64,000 bases of DNA from Schmidtea polychroa (taxonomy: Eukaryota), in the NCBI GenBank assembly GCA_044892525.1, contig CM097885.1, positions 18,354,001 to 18,418,000 on the forward strand, written 5' to 3'. Shown in pieces: positions 43,052 through 59,601 of the stretch (positions within the stretch are counted from its first letter, which is position 1; every line of letters begins with the position of its first letter). The notes under the pieces are model-generated. The model ran no database searches. It was not told the DNA's origin and was given only the letters and a program-made list of their open reading frames with translations. The translations under genes were made by a program, and so were the position numbers.

Positions 43052-43423
43052 ATGCCTAATTCCGATATCATTAGTATGTATAGTGGTAGCCAAGCTGGTG
43101 GTGAATTACCACATTTTATTGGTAAACAATATGGATCTGGTTGGTTGCGGACGATTGGTAGATTTGCACTCCCGATTCTTAAACGTATAGGTATTTTTGG
43201 TATGAAAACTGCTAAAGATGTCATTATGAATGATCAAAAGATATTACCATCTCTGAAAACTAATGCTTTATCCGAACTAGGAAAAGTTTTACCGGGTGTT
43301 GCGGGTATGTTTCAAAAAGAAGAAAAAACAGAACCACCAGCAAATTTTCCAAAACGTAAAAAACACAGGTCATCATATATAAACAAACGGATGAGAGGAC
43401 ATGGAACTATATTTGAAAAATGA
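43052..43423 (+). CDS. Maverick conserved QxGxG/amphipathic-helix protein (probable virion core or membrane-active protein)
   Basis: Intact 123-aa ORF: QAGG.LPHFIG.QYGSGWLRTIGRFALPILK with a basic C-terminus; lies between penton and hexon and overlaps the hexon start (ATGA). Confidence 0.7.
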   Translation: MPNSDIISMYSGSQAGGELPHFIGKQYGSGWLRTIGRFALPILKRIGIFGMKTAKDVIMNDQKILPSLKTNALSELGKVLPGVAGMFQKEEKTEPPANFPKRKKHRSSYINKRMRGHGTIFEK

Positions 43424-44355
43424 TTTGTGGTAAATCTGAATTGTGTATATTTGCTCGACCATCGCCTCAAGCTGTTATCGAATATGGAGAATTCGAAGAA
43501 GTTTTTCCAATGAATTCTATTACAGATAGTAGGAATGATATGGAATTTTACATCAATGGTTCTCAAACTGAATATTTAGATTTGAACGATACTTTATTGA
43601 CTGTTCAGATCAAGGTTGTAGATAAAGATAAAAAGGCTTTGGGTGATCTTGATGCTACGATACCTAATAATTTCTTGTTTCATACGCTTTTTAAAGATGC
43701 TATTCTTGGATTTAATAATATCAAGATTGAAGGTGGCAACAATACATATATTCACAAGGCGATAATAGAAACTATTTTAAATTATAATACCGATACTAAA
43801 AATACATGTCTTACTCTTATGGGCTATGCGGCAACTGATGACGAAAGAAAAAAGTGGAATAAAGGTTCAAAGATTTTTACCATTATAGACTTTCTAGATC
43901 AACAAAAATATTTACTTCCAGGAGTCAATGTGCACATTAGGTTGAAAAGAACCGATTCTTCATTATCACTAACTAGTGCTAATGGTCAACCAATATGTTA
44001 ATTAGTTAATATGGATCATACAGTGCTTCAAGCTCAATTTTCAAAAACTTTGGTGTTACATCCTTGTCATTATCTAAAAATACTGATTATAGAGAAACAT
44101 ATAATCAAAATTTTGATAATGATAATTACTGTGTTACATATATGCAAAGTATTGTGAGATGGGTTATTTATGGGTTATTTAGATAAAAATTTGAATTGTG
44201 GAATTGTGATTTGAATCAGAGTTAATTATCTCATAATGGAAATTTACGATTAGATATAAAGTTTGCAAAAGCTATTGCAGAAGCTGTGCATGTTATAATA
44301 TATGGAGTATTTGAAAATGAGGTACAAATTACTGCAAATAGACCTGCTTGTATAG
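43420..44355 (+). pseudogene. Major capsid protein (hexon-like), internally deleted
   Basis: KSELCIF..P..Q..IE.G...E.FP...MEFYI.G....YLDLNDTLL at the N-terminus; GNLRLDIKFAKAI...VIIYGVFENEVQI at the C-terminus. Confidence 0.85.
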
Positions 44356-44389
44356 GTATAAATGCGTTTGGTAATATTAAAAATTTGTC

Positions 44390-44774
44390 ATGGAGTAAGT
44401 TCTTCGTGTATTATTTAATTTATTGATGTAGTTCTATACAGGTCAATCGAATTGGAAAACAGTTTTTAGGAAATGAGTTTGTTGGAGTATATCCATTGGA
44501 TAAAATACCATATTTACGTAATAATCAAGCCATAATCGTCAATACCCATTCATCACATCTTGATGGTGAACATTGGATTGGAATCTATCTAAAACCCGAT
44601 AGGATATATGTATTCGATCCTACGTGATTCTATTATCCTGCTTTATTGGTATCAAAATTGCAAACAATGGGTAAACTTATTGTATATAATAAAACAATGT
44701 TTCAAAATCCAATGACTCAAACATGTGGTCAGCACTGTTTAATATGGTTGATGTATAAAAAATTTGATTTATAA
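44390..44774 (+). pseudogene. Adenain-like cysteine protease (one intron, one premature stop)
   Basis: ATG GA|37-nt GTAAGT..TAG intron|T TCT..., then FVGVYPLDKIP...IVNT...GEHW...FDP...Q...TCGQHC catalytic motifs; in-frame TGA near 44625. Confidence 0.9.
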
Positions 44775-45247
44775 TAAATGTTTCTGGTTTTATTTTATTG
44801 TTTAATCTATTTTATTGATTTTTAAATTTATATGTTGTTGATTGTTTGATTTTTAAAATCACAATCATTTATAAACATTGACATTGGTATTTTTGTCACA
44901 ATTTATTTTCAAATGGATTCAAACAATTCAAAAGTTGTCGATGGTATTTTAAATTTTATATAGATATTTACTTTATTATTTTAAATCTTTTTATCGGAGA
45001 TTGGCTCCATATCACGGAAAATGAAGATTTCCCGGATATTTCCAGAACTTTTGAAAATGGTAAATTATTTTAATTTTATATAATTTTTAAACATCCATAT
45101 TTTAGATGTAATTAATGAAGAAATAAATTATGTCTTCGATGGATTAATTATGGAAGCCGAAGATGTTCATGAAAAATATTGGTGTTTTTTATTTTATATG
45201 TTAGTAATAGTAGTAATAATATTAATGATTTTTATAATAATAATTTC

Positions 45248-45368
<121 letters not shown>

Positions 45369-45906
45369 GTAATAATTATGATGATAATAATATGATGAAA
45401 ATAATTTTTTTTTGATGACGATTATAATAATAGCATTAATAATATCAAATCAATAAGGTCAAACGAAACAAAATCTATTTATTGAATCATTCGTGATAAC
45501 CATGTGAAAAACCGATCGAAATTCAATGATTTGACAAATATTTAGCCGCTCTTTATACGGCAGATCAAATGTGAATTTGTTTCGATTTTCATCATAAAAT
45601 CAATAAAATATTCACCTTTCTAGTATCACGAATCGAGTTCCTCGGAATAATAGATATAATATTCGATATCTCTCTATATATAAAAAAGCTAAGGGTTCCC
45701 TCCATCCGAATTTTACTTTTTTTTATTTATTTATTTTTTATTATTATTATTTTAATTTTATTTATTTTTCCTTATTTTTATTTTTATATTTATTTTTTTA
45801 TAATTTTTATTATATATTTTTTTAATTTTATTTGTTTTTTTATTCTTTTTTATTTTTCACCAACCCCGTTAGAACGCGGGGTTAATGTTAAAGTTAATAT
45901 CCAGGG

Positions 45907-46272
45907 CAGTGGCGTAGCTAGAGTACTTGGCACCCGGGGGCAGGGATATTTTTGGCGCCCTGGGCTTACTATAAAAAATTTTTGTGATATTAAAATAGAC
46001 ATATGTAAAAACGCCAAATATAAAATGCATATTCATAAATTCTAAAATAATATTTAAAAAAAATATAAAATATAAGATATAAAAATATAACAAAACTAGA
46101 AAAAAACTGGAAAACAGAAAAATAAAATCCCTTTTTCATCGTTTATTTAAAAAAATTTTCAATGCTTGGCTATATTTATATGTTTTATATATATTGCGTT
46201 CAATCCGGCGCCCCAAAAATTGTGGCGCCCGGGGCAACTGTCACCCCTCGCCCCCACCTCGCTACGCCACTG
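45907..46272. mobile_element. hAT MITE
   Basis: TIR CAGTGGCGTAGC / GCTACGCCACTG with perfect 8-bp TSD ATCCAGGG. Confidence 0.93.
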
Positions 46273-46764
46273 ATCCAGGGTATAGTTGGACAAGAATAAA
46301 ATTCAGTTTATTAATATGTTTACATAACTATGATAAAAGATAATAACATAAACCATTTCAAAGTAATATAGAACGATAAGTAAAAAAGAATAAATACATC
46401 ATAAAAAAATTTAAAAAAACAACTGACAAAAAATCAATATTTATAGTTGAAGAAGTTGAATACCTTGATATGGGTGACATGGACTATCTGTGCATCTATT
46501 GTGGGGAATGAACTTCAAAAATGGTGGATTTAAATGCTGTACGTTCAGATTGAACGTAAACCCATTAAGTATCTACCCTTACATGCTTAGTTTGAGTGGC
46601 CAAAATAATCAGTGTCTGTATTGTGGGGCATTGTTAGGCCCAAAAAATGCTGGGTATAGATGTTCACGTATATATTAGACGTAAACCCGTTAAATATCTA
46701 CCACGAATTGCCCAATTACAAAAAAAAGAAACAGCCAAACTAATAAAAAATTATTTTATTTATT

Positions 46765-51039
<4,275 letters not shown>

Positions 51040-51172
51040 CTTGATACGGGAATTATTTTTTTATATTAATCTTATTTCTGCAAAATCATTAATCCAATAT
51101 CAATAAACAATTACATTTATTTTAATATCTAATAATACTATAACACAAGTATAAGCTAATTAATATCTAACA

Positions 51173-54014
51173 CAGGCATGAGCAACATACGGCCCGCGGG
51201 CCTCTTTTGACCGGCCCCCAGTGTTCATTGATCCACACCATATAACCAGGCCCTTGATAAGCTTTCAGGAATGTATGCAGTTGACGTTAGAGCTACACCA
51301 TTAGTACAAATACGCATTTAATATAAGCGTGGTGGTGCAGCAGTAAACTTTTTAATTATGACATTTTCCTTATAGATTAGCATAAACATGAAAACATCTT
51401 TTGTCTATGAACAAGATTCAGTAATATAAAATCTCATAAGCGAAGACCGAATTTTATTGCAAAATATTTATAAATCTTAAACTATAAATTGTAAAAGAAA
51501 TTTTCTATCGATAAAGTTTGTAATTCTCATCATTTATCAAAAATGATATAGGTTTATAAATGTAGTAATAGATGAAATAAGCTAATTAAGGATTTCAGTA
51601 TTTGTTTTTGGTTTATCTAATTTAATATTATTCCTTCTCGTTTTAATAATTACTTTTAAAAGATTTGTTTATTTTATCAAATTATTTTCATTTGAAATTT
51701 ACAATTTTTAAATAAAAATGCAAGTTGAATATTTATTTATTTTTCATTGTGTTCATATAAATCAGGCATGGGCAACATTCCACTGATATTTCCAATAATT
51801 CTGATGAACCACAGTTGAGGATGAGCACTATTACAAAAAAACGAAAAGTTGACAGTGAACACCGAGTATTTAATGATAAGTGGACATCGGATTATCTGTT
51901 TGTAGAATCAAACAATATGCTCGTTTGTCTTGTTTGCTCGCAATCAATTTCCGTTAAAAAGGAATTTAATGTAAGACGACATTACCAGACTCAGCATGCA
52001 GAAAAGTTCGATCAGATCCAGGGACAATTAAAGAAAGATAGGATCGAATCTCTCCGAAAAGCACTTCTAGGGCAACAGACATTCTTTATCAAAGTTAATA
52101 AAGAGGTTGAGTGTGTTGTGAAGGCGAGTTTCATGATAAGTGAGATAATTGCCAAGAAACTGAAACCGTTTTCTGATGGGGAGTTTGTCAAAGAATGCAT
52201 TGATGCTGCTGTGGATTGTATCTGTCCCGAAAAAAATCAACTTTTCTCGAATATCAGCCTTTCTCGATTTACAATCGTAAGACGAATTGATGATATTGCA
52301 AAAAACATTGAAACAATCTTGAAAGAAAAAGCTGAACTATTTCAAGCATATTCAATATGCCTTGATGAAAGCACGGATATGACAGACACCGCGCAGTTAG
52401 CAATTTTTGTGCGTGGGGTTGATTAGGACTTCCACGTTACGGAAGAACTGTTGAAATTAGCGAGCATGAAAGGGACTACAACTGGAGAAGATGTTTTTGA
52501 TGAAATCAAAACTGCATTGGCAGAAAACGGGCTTTTTCTTCCAAAGCTAACAGGAATAACGACAGACGGAGCTCCGGCAACGGTTGGAATAAAAAATGGA
52601 GTAGTTGGTTTATTGAAGGCGGAGCTAGTTAAAATGAAAGGAAGTGAGCAATTAATTGCATCACATTGCATAATCCACCAAGAGAATTTATGTGTAAAAG
52701 AACTAAAGATGGACCATGTGATGACAGTTGTTGTGAAAACAGTGAATTTCATAAGATCACGTGGATTGAATCATCGACAATTCAAAGAGTTTCTCACTAG
52801 CATTGAGACAGAATACTCGGATGTAATTTACTTTAGCGAAGTTCGCTGGCTGAGCAGAGGAAAAGTATTGCATCGCTTTTATTGCCTTCGTGAAGAAATT
52901 AAACTTTTTATGGAGATGAAGTCGAAACCAATTCCGGAGTTATCCGATGCAAATTGGCTACTTGACTTGGCCTTTTTGGTTGACATCACAACGCATCTGA
53001 ATGATCTAAACACGAAGTTACAAGGCTGGGATCAACTGATAAATAATCTTTACGATCATATCAAAGGATTTCAGACAAAGCTAAAACTATGGGAGAATCA
53101 ATTATCAAAGGACATTACGGTACATTTTCCAAATCTAACTGATTGCAAAAATGTTGCAAATTTAGCTAACACGAAGAAATTTAATGAACACATAATTGCA
53201 TTGAAAACACAGTTTTCTTCAAGATTTGCTGATTTTGCCGAACATGAAAATGATTTCAAACTATTTTCTGAACCATTCAGTGTTAATGTTGAGACAGCAC
53301 CAGAATCAAGGCAAATGGAGCTTATTGAATTGCAGTGTAATGGCAATCTGGAAAGAAAGTTTCGTGACGTCTCTTTGATTCAATTCTACAAACTCTACAT
53401 TTCTCAGAAAGCGTTTCCATCAATCCGATATCATTCGCTGAAAATGGTCTCACTTTTCCCCAGCACTTACATCTGTGAACAATTCTTTTCTAAGATGAAA
53501 CAAACAAAGTGCAAAAACAGATGTCGGCTCACTGATGATAACTTGTCAAACGAATTACGAGTAGCAACATCAACTATCAAGGCAAATATTTCAGATTTAT
53601 GTTGTGATAAGAAGTGTCAAATGTCACACAGACCAAAACCAGAACAAGATTGATATTGATATGTTGGGTATATTTGAGTAGTATATGCAAACTTGAGAAG
53701 CATAAAAAATATAAATTCGAACAATCCAGAGTTTGTGCGATTAAATAAACTATAAATATGGGATTATTAAAGTTAAATTTGGGTATTTTCATAGTTTGTA
53801 TATTTTGCCTTCCAATAACAACTAGTATATAGTATATAATATATAATGTATAATATATAATATAAGCCTAATCAATTAAATTTAAATGATCTTTGCTATT
53901 AAAAAGATATATTATTGGAATATATATTAATAAATTCGTGCTAAATACATCCGGCCCCCGAAACATTTTCAAAGACTGAACTGGCCCCTAACAAAACCAA
54001 GTTGCTCATGCCTG
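51173..54014 (+). mobile_element. hAT (SPIN/Buster/Charlie-type) transposon
   Basis: TIR CAGGCATGAGCAAC / GTTGCTCATGCCTG; perfect TSD ATCTAACA. Confidence 0.95.
51821..53653 (+). pseudogene. hAT transposase with a single in-frame stop
   Basis: ORFs 51815-52426 and 52451-53653 are in the same frame, separated by TAG at 52424. Motifs DESTD, TTDGAP, HCIIHQE, VRWLSRG, STYICEQ.FS.M. Confidence 0.93.
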
Positions 54015-54252
54015 ATCTAACAAATTCATACTTTCCATTTATCTACCCTAATGTACCATAATAAATAAAAAATTAATTAAAAATTTAAAAAAAGATAGTA
54101 AAATTCTTAGGTCCTGTTCGCTTCGCTTCTCCAACCCCATTAGATCATGGGGTTAATAATAATTTTTATTTAAAATATAATTTTTTGGGGATACATCAGG
54201 CAATCGACTTATTGTTTTTACGGCCCATTCTCTTTTCTTGCACACTCTAGGT

Positions 54253-56710
54253 CAGTGGTGCCCAACCTTTTTATCAAGTGGGCAACTATTTAAATGAAAA
54301 AGTCTTTGCGGGCACATTTTTGAAAAATTAGTTAATAGAAAAATGATCTTATAACAATCTTTTTATTAGGAAACATGCATTTGTATTAAAAATTTAAAAT
54401 AATAAAAATAATAATGTGAAACAAAACAAACAAATTTATTTATAACATCATTTTAATGCGGCTTTTGAATTTGAGTCTGGCTAACAAGTTGATCAATATC
54501 AGGATTGATTTTTGAATTTGATAATAGAATGAGGTTTTCCAAGTGAGCATCAGTGAGTGAACATCTGAATTTGCTTTTTATGTAGTTCATTGAAGAAAAT
54601 GTCTTCTCACAAATGTAAGTTGATCCAAATTTGACCACAAACCGGAGTGCCATGTTGTTAAGTTCAGGATAGTTATTTTTTGGAACAAGCTTCCAGAATG
54701 CTTTTAAGTCGGGTGAAATAGGTGATTCACAAAGCTCTTGAAACTTTCTCTTTAATCCTGTGTGGTTTTGAATGTCAGTAATTTCCATCTGTATTTTTGG
54801 AGAATACTTGCTGATTTCACTTTCTGATATAGAGAATGGATTAATGAACAATAAAATGTTATCCTTCTCTGCCTCAAAGTCAGAAAATCGAGAAGAAAAT
54901 GAATGAGACAAATTCATAATGGCAAGTTTGTATTTTTCATAGTCCAAGTTGACAGTGATTGAACTTTCAAGTTGAAATTTCTGAAGCGTGGGGAAAAGAT
55001 CCAGATTTCCTTGAGAAAGACTGTTATAAAACAGTTTTAATTTTGCCTTAAATGCATTGATTTGATTGAATAGTGTTGGGAACAAACTATTTTCACCTTG
55101 CAATCCTGTGTTCAAGATGTTCAGGTAATTTGTGACATCAACAAGAAAAGCCAATTCACTCAACCAGGAATTGTTTTTCAAAAGATCACACACGGTAGGC
55201 AACTCTTTTTTTTCTTCCAAAAATTGCAGTACTTGGGTCCTTAACTGGAAAAATCTTGACAGCATTTTTCCCTTTGACAACCAGCGAACAGAGCAATGGA
55301 GCAAAAGTTCACCACAATCATCAGTTTCCTCTTCAAACAGGGATCGGAACTCTCTTCTATTTAGAGATCGTGCTCTAATCTTGTTAATACAGTGCACAGC
55401 TGTGTCAATAACATGCTTGAATTCCATATCCTTTGAGCAAAGAACTTCTTGATGAATAATGCAATGGTACTTAAAAAGTTTTCTTTTTAGATATTTTTCT
55501 AGAAGGGAAACACAACCGTTGTTTTTTCCAACTATTGCAGGAGCTCCATCTGTGCAGATACTTTCCAGTTGATTCCAGTTGAGCTTATACTCGTTGATGC
55601 TTGAATTTTCCACACAATCTTTCAGTGCTTCAAAGATATCGGCTCCAGTTGTTGTGGTTTTCAGTTGACAAAGGCCAAGAAGTTCCTGAACAACATCGAA
55701 GTTTTCATTGACACATCTTATATAAACCAGTAATTGAGCACTGTCAGTTGCATCACAGCTTTCATCAATTGCAATTGAAAAGTATTTTGAAAGTGAAGCA
55801 GCAACAATAATTTGTTTTGAGACATCATTGGCCATTTCTTCAATTCTCCGAGTAACTGTATTTCTTGAAAGTGCTATGTTTTTGGACAGCAATTTGTTTT
55901 TTGGGTCACCTGAGTTTTCAGCAAAAATAGAAATTGCCTCTTTTACCATTTCACCATCTGAATAACTTTTTTTTAATCTGGCAAGCAGCAGGGAAATTTG
56001 AAAGGAAGCTTTTGTCATACCGTGCATTTCTTCTTGTCTTTTGGTAAAAAATGTTTGCTGAACTGCAAGTTTCGATTTTCTCTTTGAAATAAAGTCAGTT
56101 CTGTCTGCAGATCCAATTGGGTATTTAATTTTGAATTCTGAATGCATCTGATTAAAATGACGTTCCACATTGTATTTTTTATAGACTGCAACTGTGTCAT
56201 TACAAATCAGACAAATTGGCCTTGATGATTGTGAATGTGTGAACAAAAATTGTTCTTCCCAGTTATTTCTTAACACTTGTTGCGCAGATTTTTCATCTTC
56301 ACGTTTTCTTTTTCGAGACATCCCTTTGCTGAGAGACATTTTTGTAAAAACAAAAATTATTTTTTTTATTTGGATAAATTGTTGTCCACACTGAGAGATT
56401 GTTTTTGGTTGACTGATTTAAATAGAGTTTTTTAACTAACGATGTAACGATATTTGAGTTAATTAATTTTAATTTAAAGTAGGAAAAAATTTAATTTTCT
56501 TGGAATTCCCATTTAATAATTAATTGTTGGGATTGATTAATTTTAATTTCGAAAATTAAAAATGCGCTTGTAATTCTCATTGAAACATTATACATCTTAA
56601 TGTTAAAAATTGATATTTTCTTTAACCGTATTTAGAAAAACACCCACGGGCATTTGAAAAAGTCTCCACGGGCACTTTTTTGCCCGCGGGCACTAGGTTG
56701 AGCACCACTG
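54253..56710 (-). mobile_element. hAT (SPIN/Buster-type) transposon, apparently complete
   Basis: TIR CAGTGGTGCCCAACCT / AGGTTGAGCACCACTG; perfect TSD CTCTAGGT. Confidence 0.95.
54453..56339 (-). CDS. Intact hAT transposase, 628 aa
   Basis: N-terminal CLIC...H...H zinc finger, DESCD, CTDGAP, HCIIHQE, VRWLSKG, FGSTYICEKTFS; no stops. Confidence 0.95.
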   Translation of the reverse strand: MSLSKGMSRKRKREDEKSAQQVLRNNWEEQFLFTHSQSSRPICLICNDTVAVYKKYNVERHFNQMHSEFKIKYPIGSADRTDFISKRKSKLAVQQTFFTKRQEEMHGMTKASFQISLLLARLKKSYSDGEMVKEAISIFAENSGDPKNKLLSKNIALSRNTVTRRIEEMANDVSKQIIVAASLSKYFSIAIDESCDATDSAQLLVYIRCVNENFDVVQELLGLCQLKTTTTGADIFEALKDCVENSSINEYKLNWNQLESICTDGAPAIVGKNNGCVSLLEKYLKRKLFKYHCIIHQEVLCSKDMEFKHVIDTAVHCINKIRARSLNRREFRSLFEEETDDCGELLLHCSVRWLSKGKMLSRFFQLRTQVLQFLEEKKELPTVCDLLKNNSWLSELAFLVDVTNYLNILNTGLQGENSLFPTLFNQINAFKAKLKLFYNSLSQGNLDLFPTLQKFQLESSITVNLDYEKYKLAIMNLSHSFSSRFSDFEAEKDNILLFINPFSISESEISKYSPKIQMEITDIQNHTGLKRKFQELCESPISPDLKAFWKLVPKNNYPELNNMALRFVVKFGSTYICEKTFSSMNYIKSKFRCSLTDAHLENLILLSNSKINPDIDQLVSQTQIQKPH

Positions 56711-56766
56711 CTCTAGGTGATGTTTCAACCCACCTATAGTGTATGGGAAGTTTATCATATGTAAGT

Positions 56767-57900
56767 TGTTAAGTTAAGAATTACTCTTAGTTTGTGTATA
56801 ATTTGTATAAGAAATCTGAAGGACCCGATAGAGTCACCGTTAAAAATGTGGCGGGACGATCGGGGTGCGTGTTGTGTTTGTTTACAAGTTAATAAAAAAT
56901 AAAAATAAAAATAATAATAAACAATAATAACTCTTTTATTAAAATCTAAATAAAAAACCTTAGTATTCTTCTTTAAAACAATTTAATCCAACTTTTCGAT
57001 TTAACAGTTCATTCACCTCGATTCTAGTTCTTCTTGTTCATATATAGTCTTGATTCGTAATGTTAATTTTGTTATTTTAAAAATTTTAATGTTTTATTGA
57101 TTTTTTTCTTACTATAGTGATAGTTTACTATAGTAAACTATCGCTATATAGTTTTTTTAATACTTTTTATTTCCGCCAATTAAAAAATGTAAAATGCTAC
57201 TACATAACTTCCCCCTTTAAAACCGGAGGTTAACATGAACGATAAAAAATAAAAATTACATGAACGGTAACATTCCGACACACTTTTTATTTTTTTGTAT
57301 GTTTTGTATGTTTTTTTATGTGTTTTGTATGTATTTTGTTTCTGTTTTTTTTACAACCTGGAAAAAAATCAAAAAATTTACAACCGATTACATAATTAAA
57401 ATCAAATAAATAAAACTGTACAACTGATTTTGTTTGTGCTTGTGTTCTGCTTGTGTGGGTTTTTATTTATGGCATTCACTGTATAATTTTTTATGTGGGG
57501 GAGTGATTGTTGTGTCTTTTTCGAATAGTTTGATTGAGTGTTTGTTGTTGAATGTGATGTTTTTGTGAATTGGTTGTGTTTTCATTTATGTTTGTGTTTT
57601 GTTTTTTGGTATATCGTTTTGCGGGTTTACGTTCTGGTGATAGGGTTTTATGCGTCTTATGTTTATTTTCATTTTGTTGTTATTTTTAATTATTGTGGCG
57701 ACGTTTTTGTTGATTTCTAGGAGTTTGAATGGACCTTCGTATTTGGATTCGAATCCTTTTGTGAATGGTTTTTTTATTAAAATGAAATCTGTTGTTAATA
57801 CTGTTTTTCCGTCCAATTCGGAGTCAGGTCTCCTTTTGGTTTCTGTTCGGTGGCTTCGCTATTTTTGTTTGTTATTTGTTTGATGTTTTCAGTGTTTTTG
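56767..57900 (-). mobile_element. 3' end of a Gypsy LTR retrotransposon (integrase tail, PPT, 3' LTR 57204-56767)
   Basis: FESKYEGPFKLLEI...INIRRIKPY (GPY/F module); polypurine tract AAAGGGGGAAG just before TGTAG; LTR ends ...AACA at 56767. Confidence 0.75.
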
Positions 57901-59601
57901 TTTGTATCTGATTTAAGTGATGGCAAGTTTGTTGCTTTTCCGAAAACCTTGTATGCTGGACTTTCATTATCTTACAACATGTTAGGTGGTTTATACTTAT
58001 CTAATTGAATTACATTATTTATGTAACGTACGATTGCGAGTGTAATTGGTATGTAATTAGTATTTCTATGACCATGTTATAAGAAGCTTGATGAACAACT
58101 TGTAAGTAATCGAGTTTTGTTTTTAAGTTTCGCAGGAGTTCAGACGGTTTGTCGTTACCCAATTGTATATCTTTCAATTAGGATTCGAGTAGTTCTCATC
58201 TGTTTATTTTGTTCCTATTTATTAGGGTGTTTTATAAGTTTTCGAAAGGGTTGTCATCTTTTGATATTTCCTCTATTCTATATAACACAAAAAATGTAAC
58301 CATAAAAGGTTAGGAGCCCTTAAATGTTGAAGAAATTCTTTGTTAAATATTTTGAAATATTCTGATATTTGTTCTCACTTTTTTTCTAAAATATCAAAAA
58401 AAGTCGATTACGATCATAAAAACATTTTTGATTGATCGAAATGGAGTTTTCAATCACTTATACATTATCTTTGAGATGACTCATTAGATCACACCAAAAT
58501 GTCCACTGACTCATGACGCATCAAATGTGTAATTCTTTTTTTCAGACAATCAGAACGAGCTGTGTCAGATGACTCAATTTTCTATACTTACCGAAATAAA
58601 TAATGACCAAGGAAATTAAATTTTATCTTGTAAAATGGATAATCGACAATATCAATAATTTGATTGTGATTTCGCTAAATAAGAACCTCTTTGTGAAGAG
58701 TAAATGTCAAATTTTGTTTTATTATTCAAATATAGTTTTGGTATGATTTTTTAAATTTAGAAATACAATATTAAACTTTATTTTTGTAAATTGTTATACA
58801 AAACTAATAATTTATTAAAATACTTTAGTCTAAATTTCAAGTGCTACATATTTCAAATTTGTTAGACTAGTAAATAGATGAAGTAAATGTTTTTTCAACA
58901 ATTACCTTTTTATCACTTCAGTAATTGAATTTTTCTGGGGACATTGCTAATTTTTAAATGTAATTTTATTAGGCACTCCTGAATGTTTGACAATTGTTGA
59001 CATAGTTGGATGGGGGTCAAAATTGCCTCAATTTTTAATGTTTAAATAATAAATATACGATTATATAGTGTAATGTTGGTATGTCGCGGAAAAATTTTTA
59101 ATTGACAAAACACCCTATTTTAAATAATAAATAATCAAATATTATATATTAGATAATAAATAAAAGATTCTTAAACATTCTCAAAAAGATGATTGAATCC
59201 TAAAATTCATTGTTTACATTTATTTTAATATTTTCATTGGATAAGTTGAAAATCGCTCATGATATTATTTCAACTTAAAAAAATTTCCTGGCTGCTATCA
59301 AGCAATTTTTTCCAAACTTCAACAGCGATAAGCTTTCCTTGTTAGTCTTTTTTTTTCAGACACGATTAAAAAATATGTTGAGAACGCCAAACCTATACAT
59401 CGCATTGATTTACAATCTTACATAGAGGAACACAATTTTATTTTAATGTTTTCTGTTATTTCATGTTTTTCTAACTTTTTCAAAAAGAATTTAAATGAAT
59501 GTTTTTACTACAGCTCTAATTGAAAATAGATTGAGGTCGCGAAAAAAATCACTTAAGTGTGTCGGGCTTGAAAAAGTTTGTCCACCACAGTAGAAGAATT
59601 A

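Larger units (their letters stand above)
37790..44780. mobile_element. Decayed Maverick/Polinton (adintovirus-like) endogenous DNA virus
   Basis: Co-located remnants of pPolB (-), a TBP-like gene (-), then on + ATPase, pX-like, integrase, penton, QxGxG protein, major capsid and adenain. TIRs/TSD not identified, so boundaries are minimal. Confidence 0.93.
54180..56766 (-). mobile_element. Second Helitron Rep fragment, split by a hAT insertion
   Basis: 54203-54252 plus 56719-56766 rejoin into a close copy of 48064-48160. Confidence 0.8.

Noticed and set aside
52012..56394. Antisense ORFs overlapping the hAT transposases (also 40720-41271 and 18465-19240)
   Set aside because: Shadow frames of real coding sequences.
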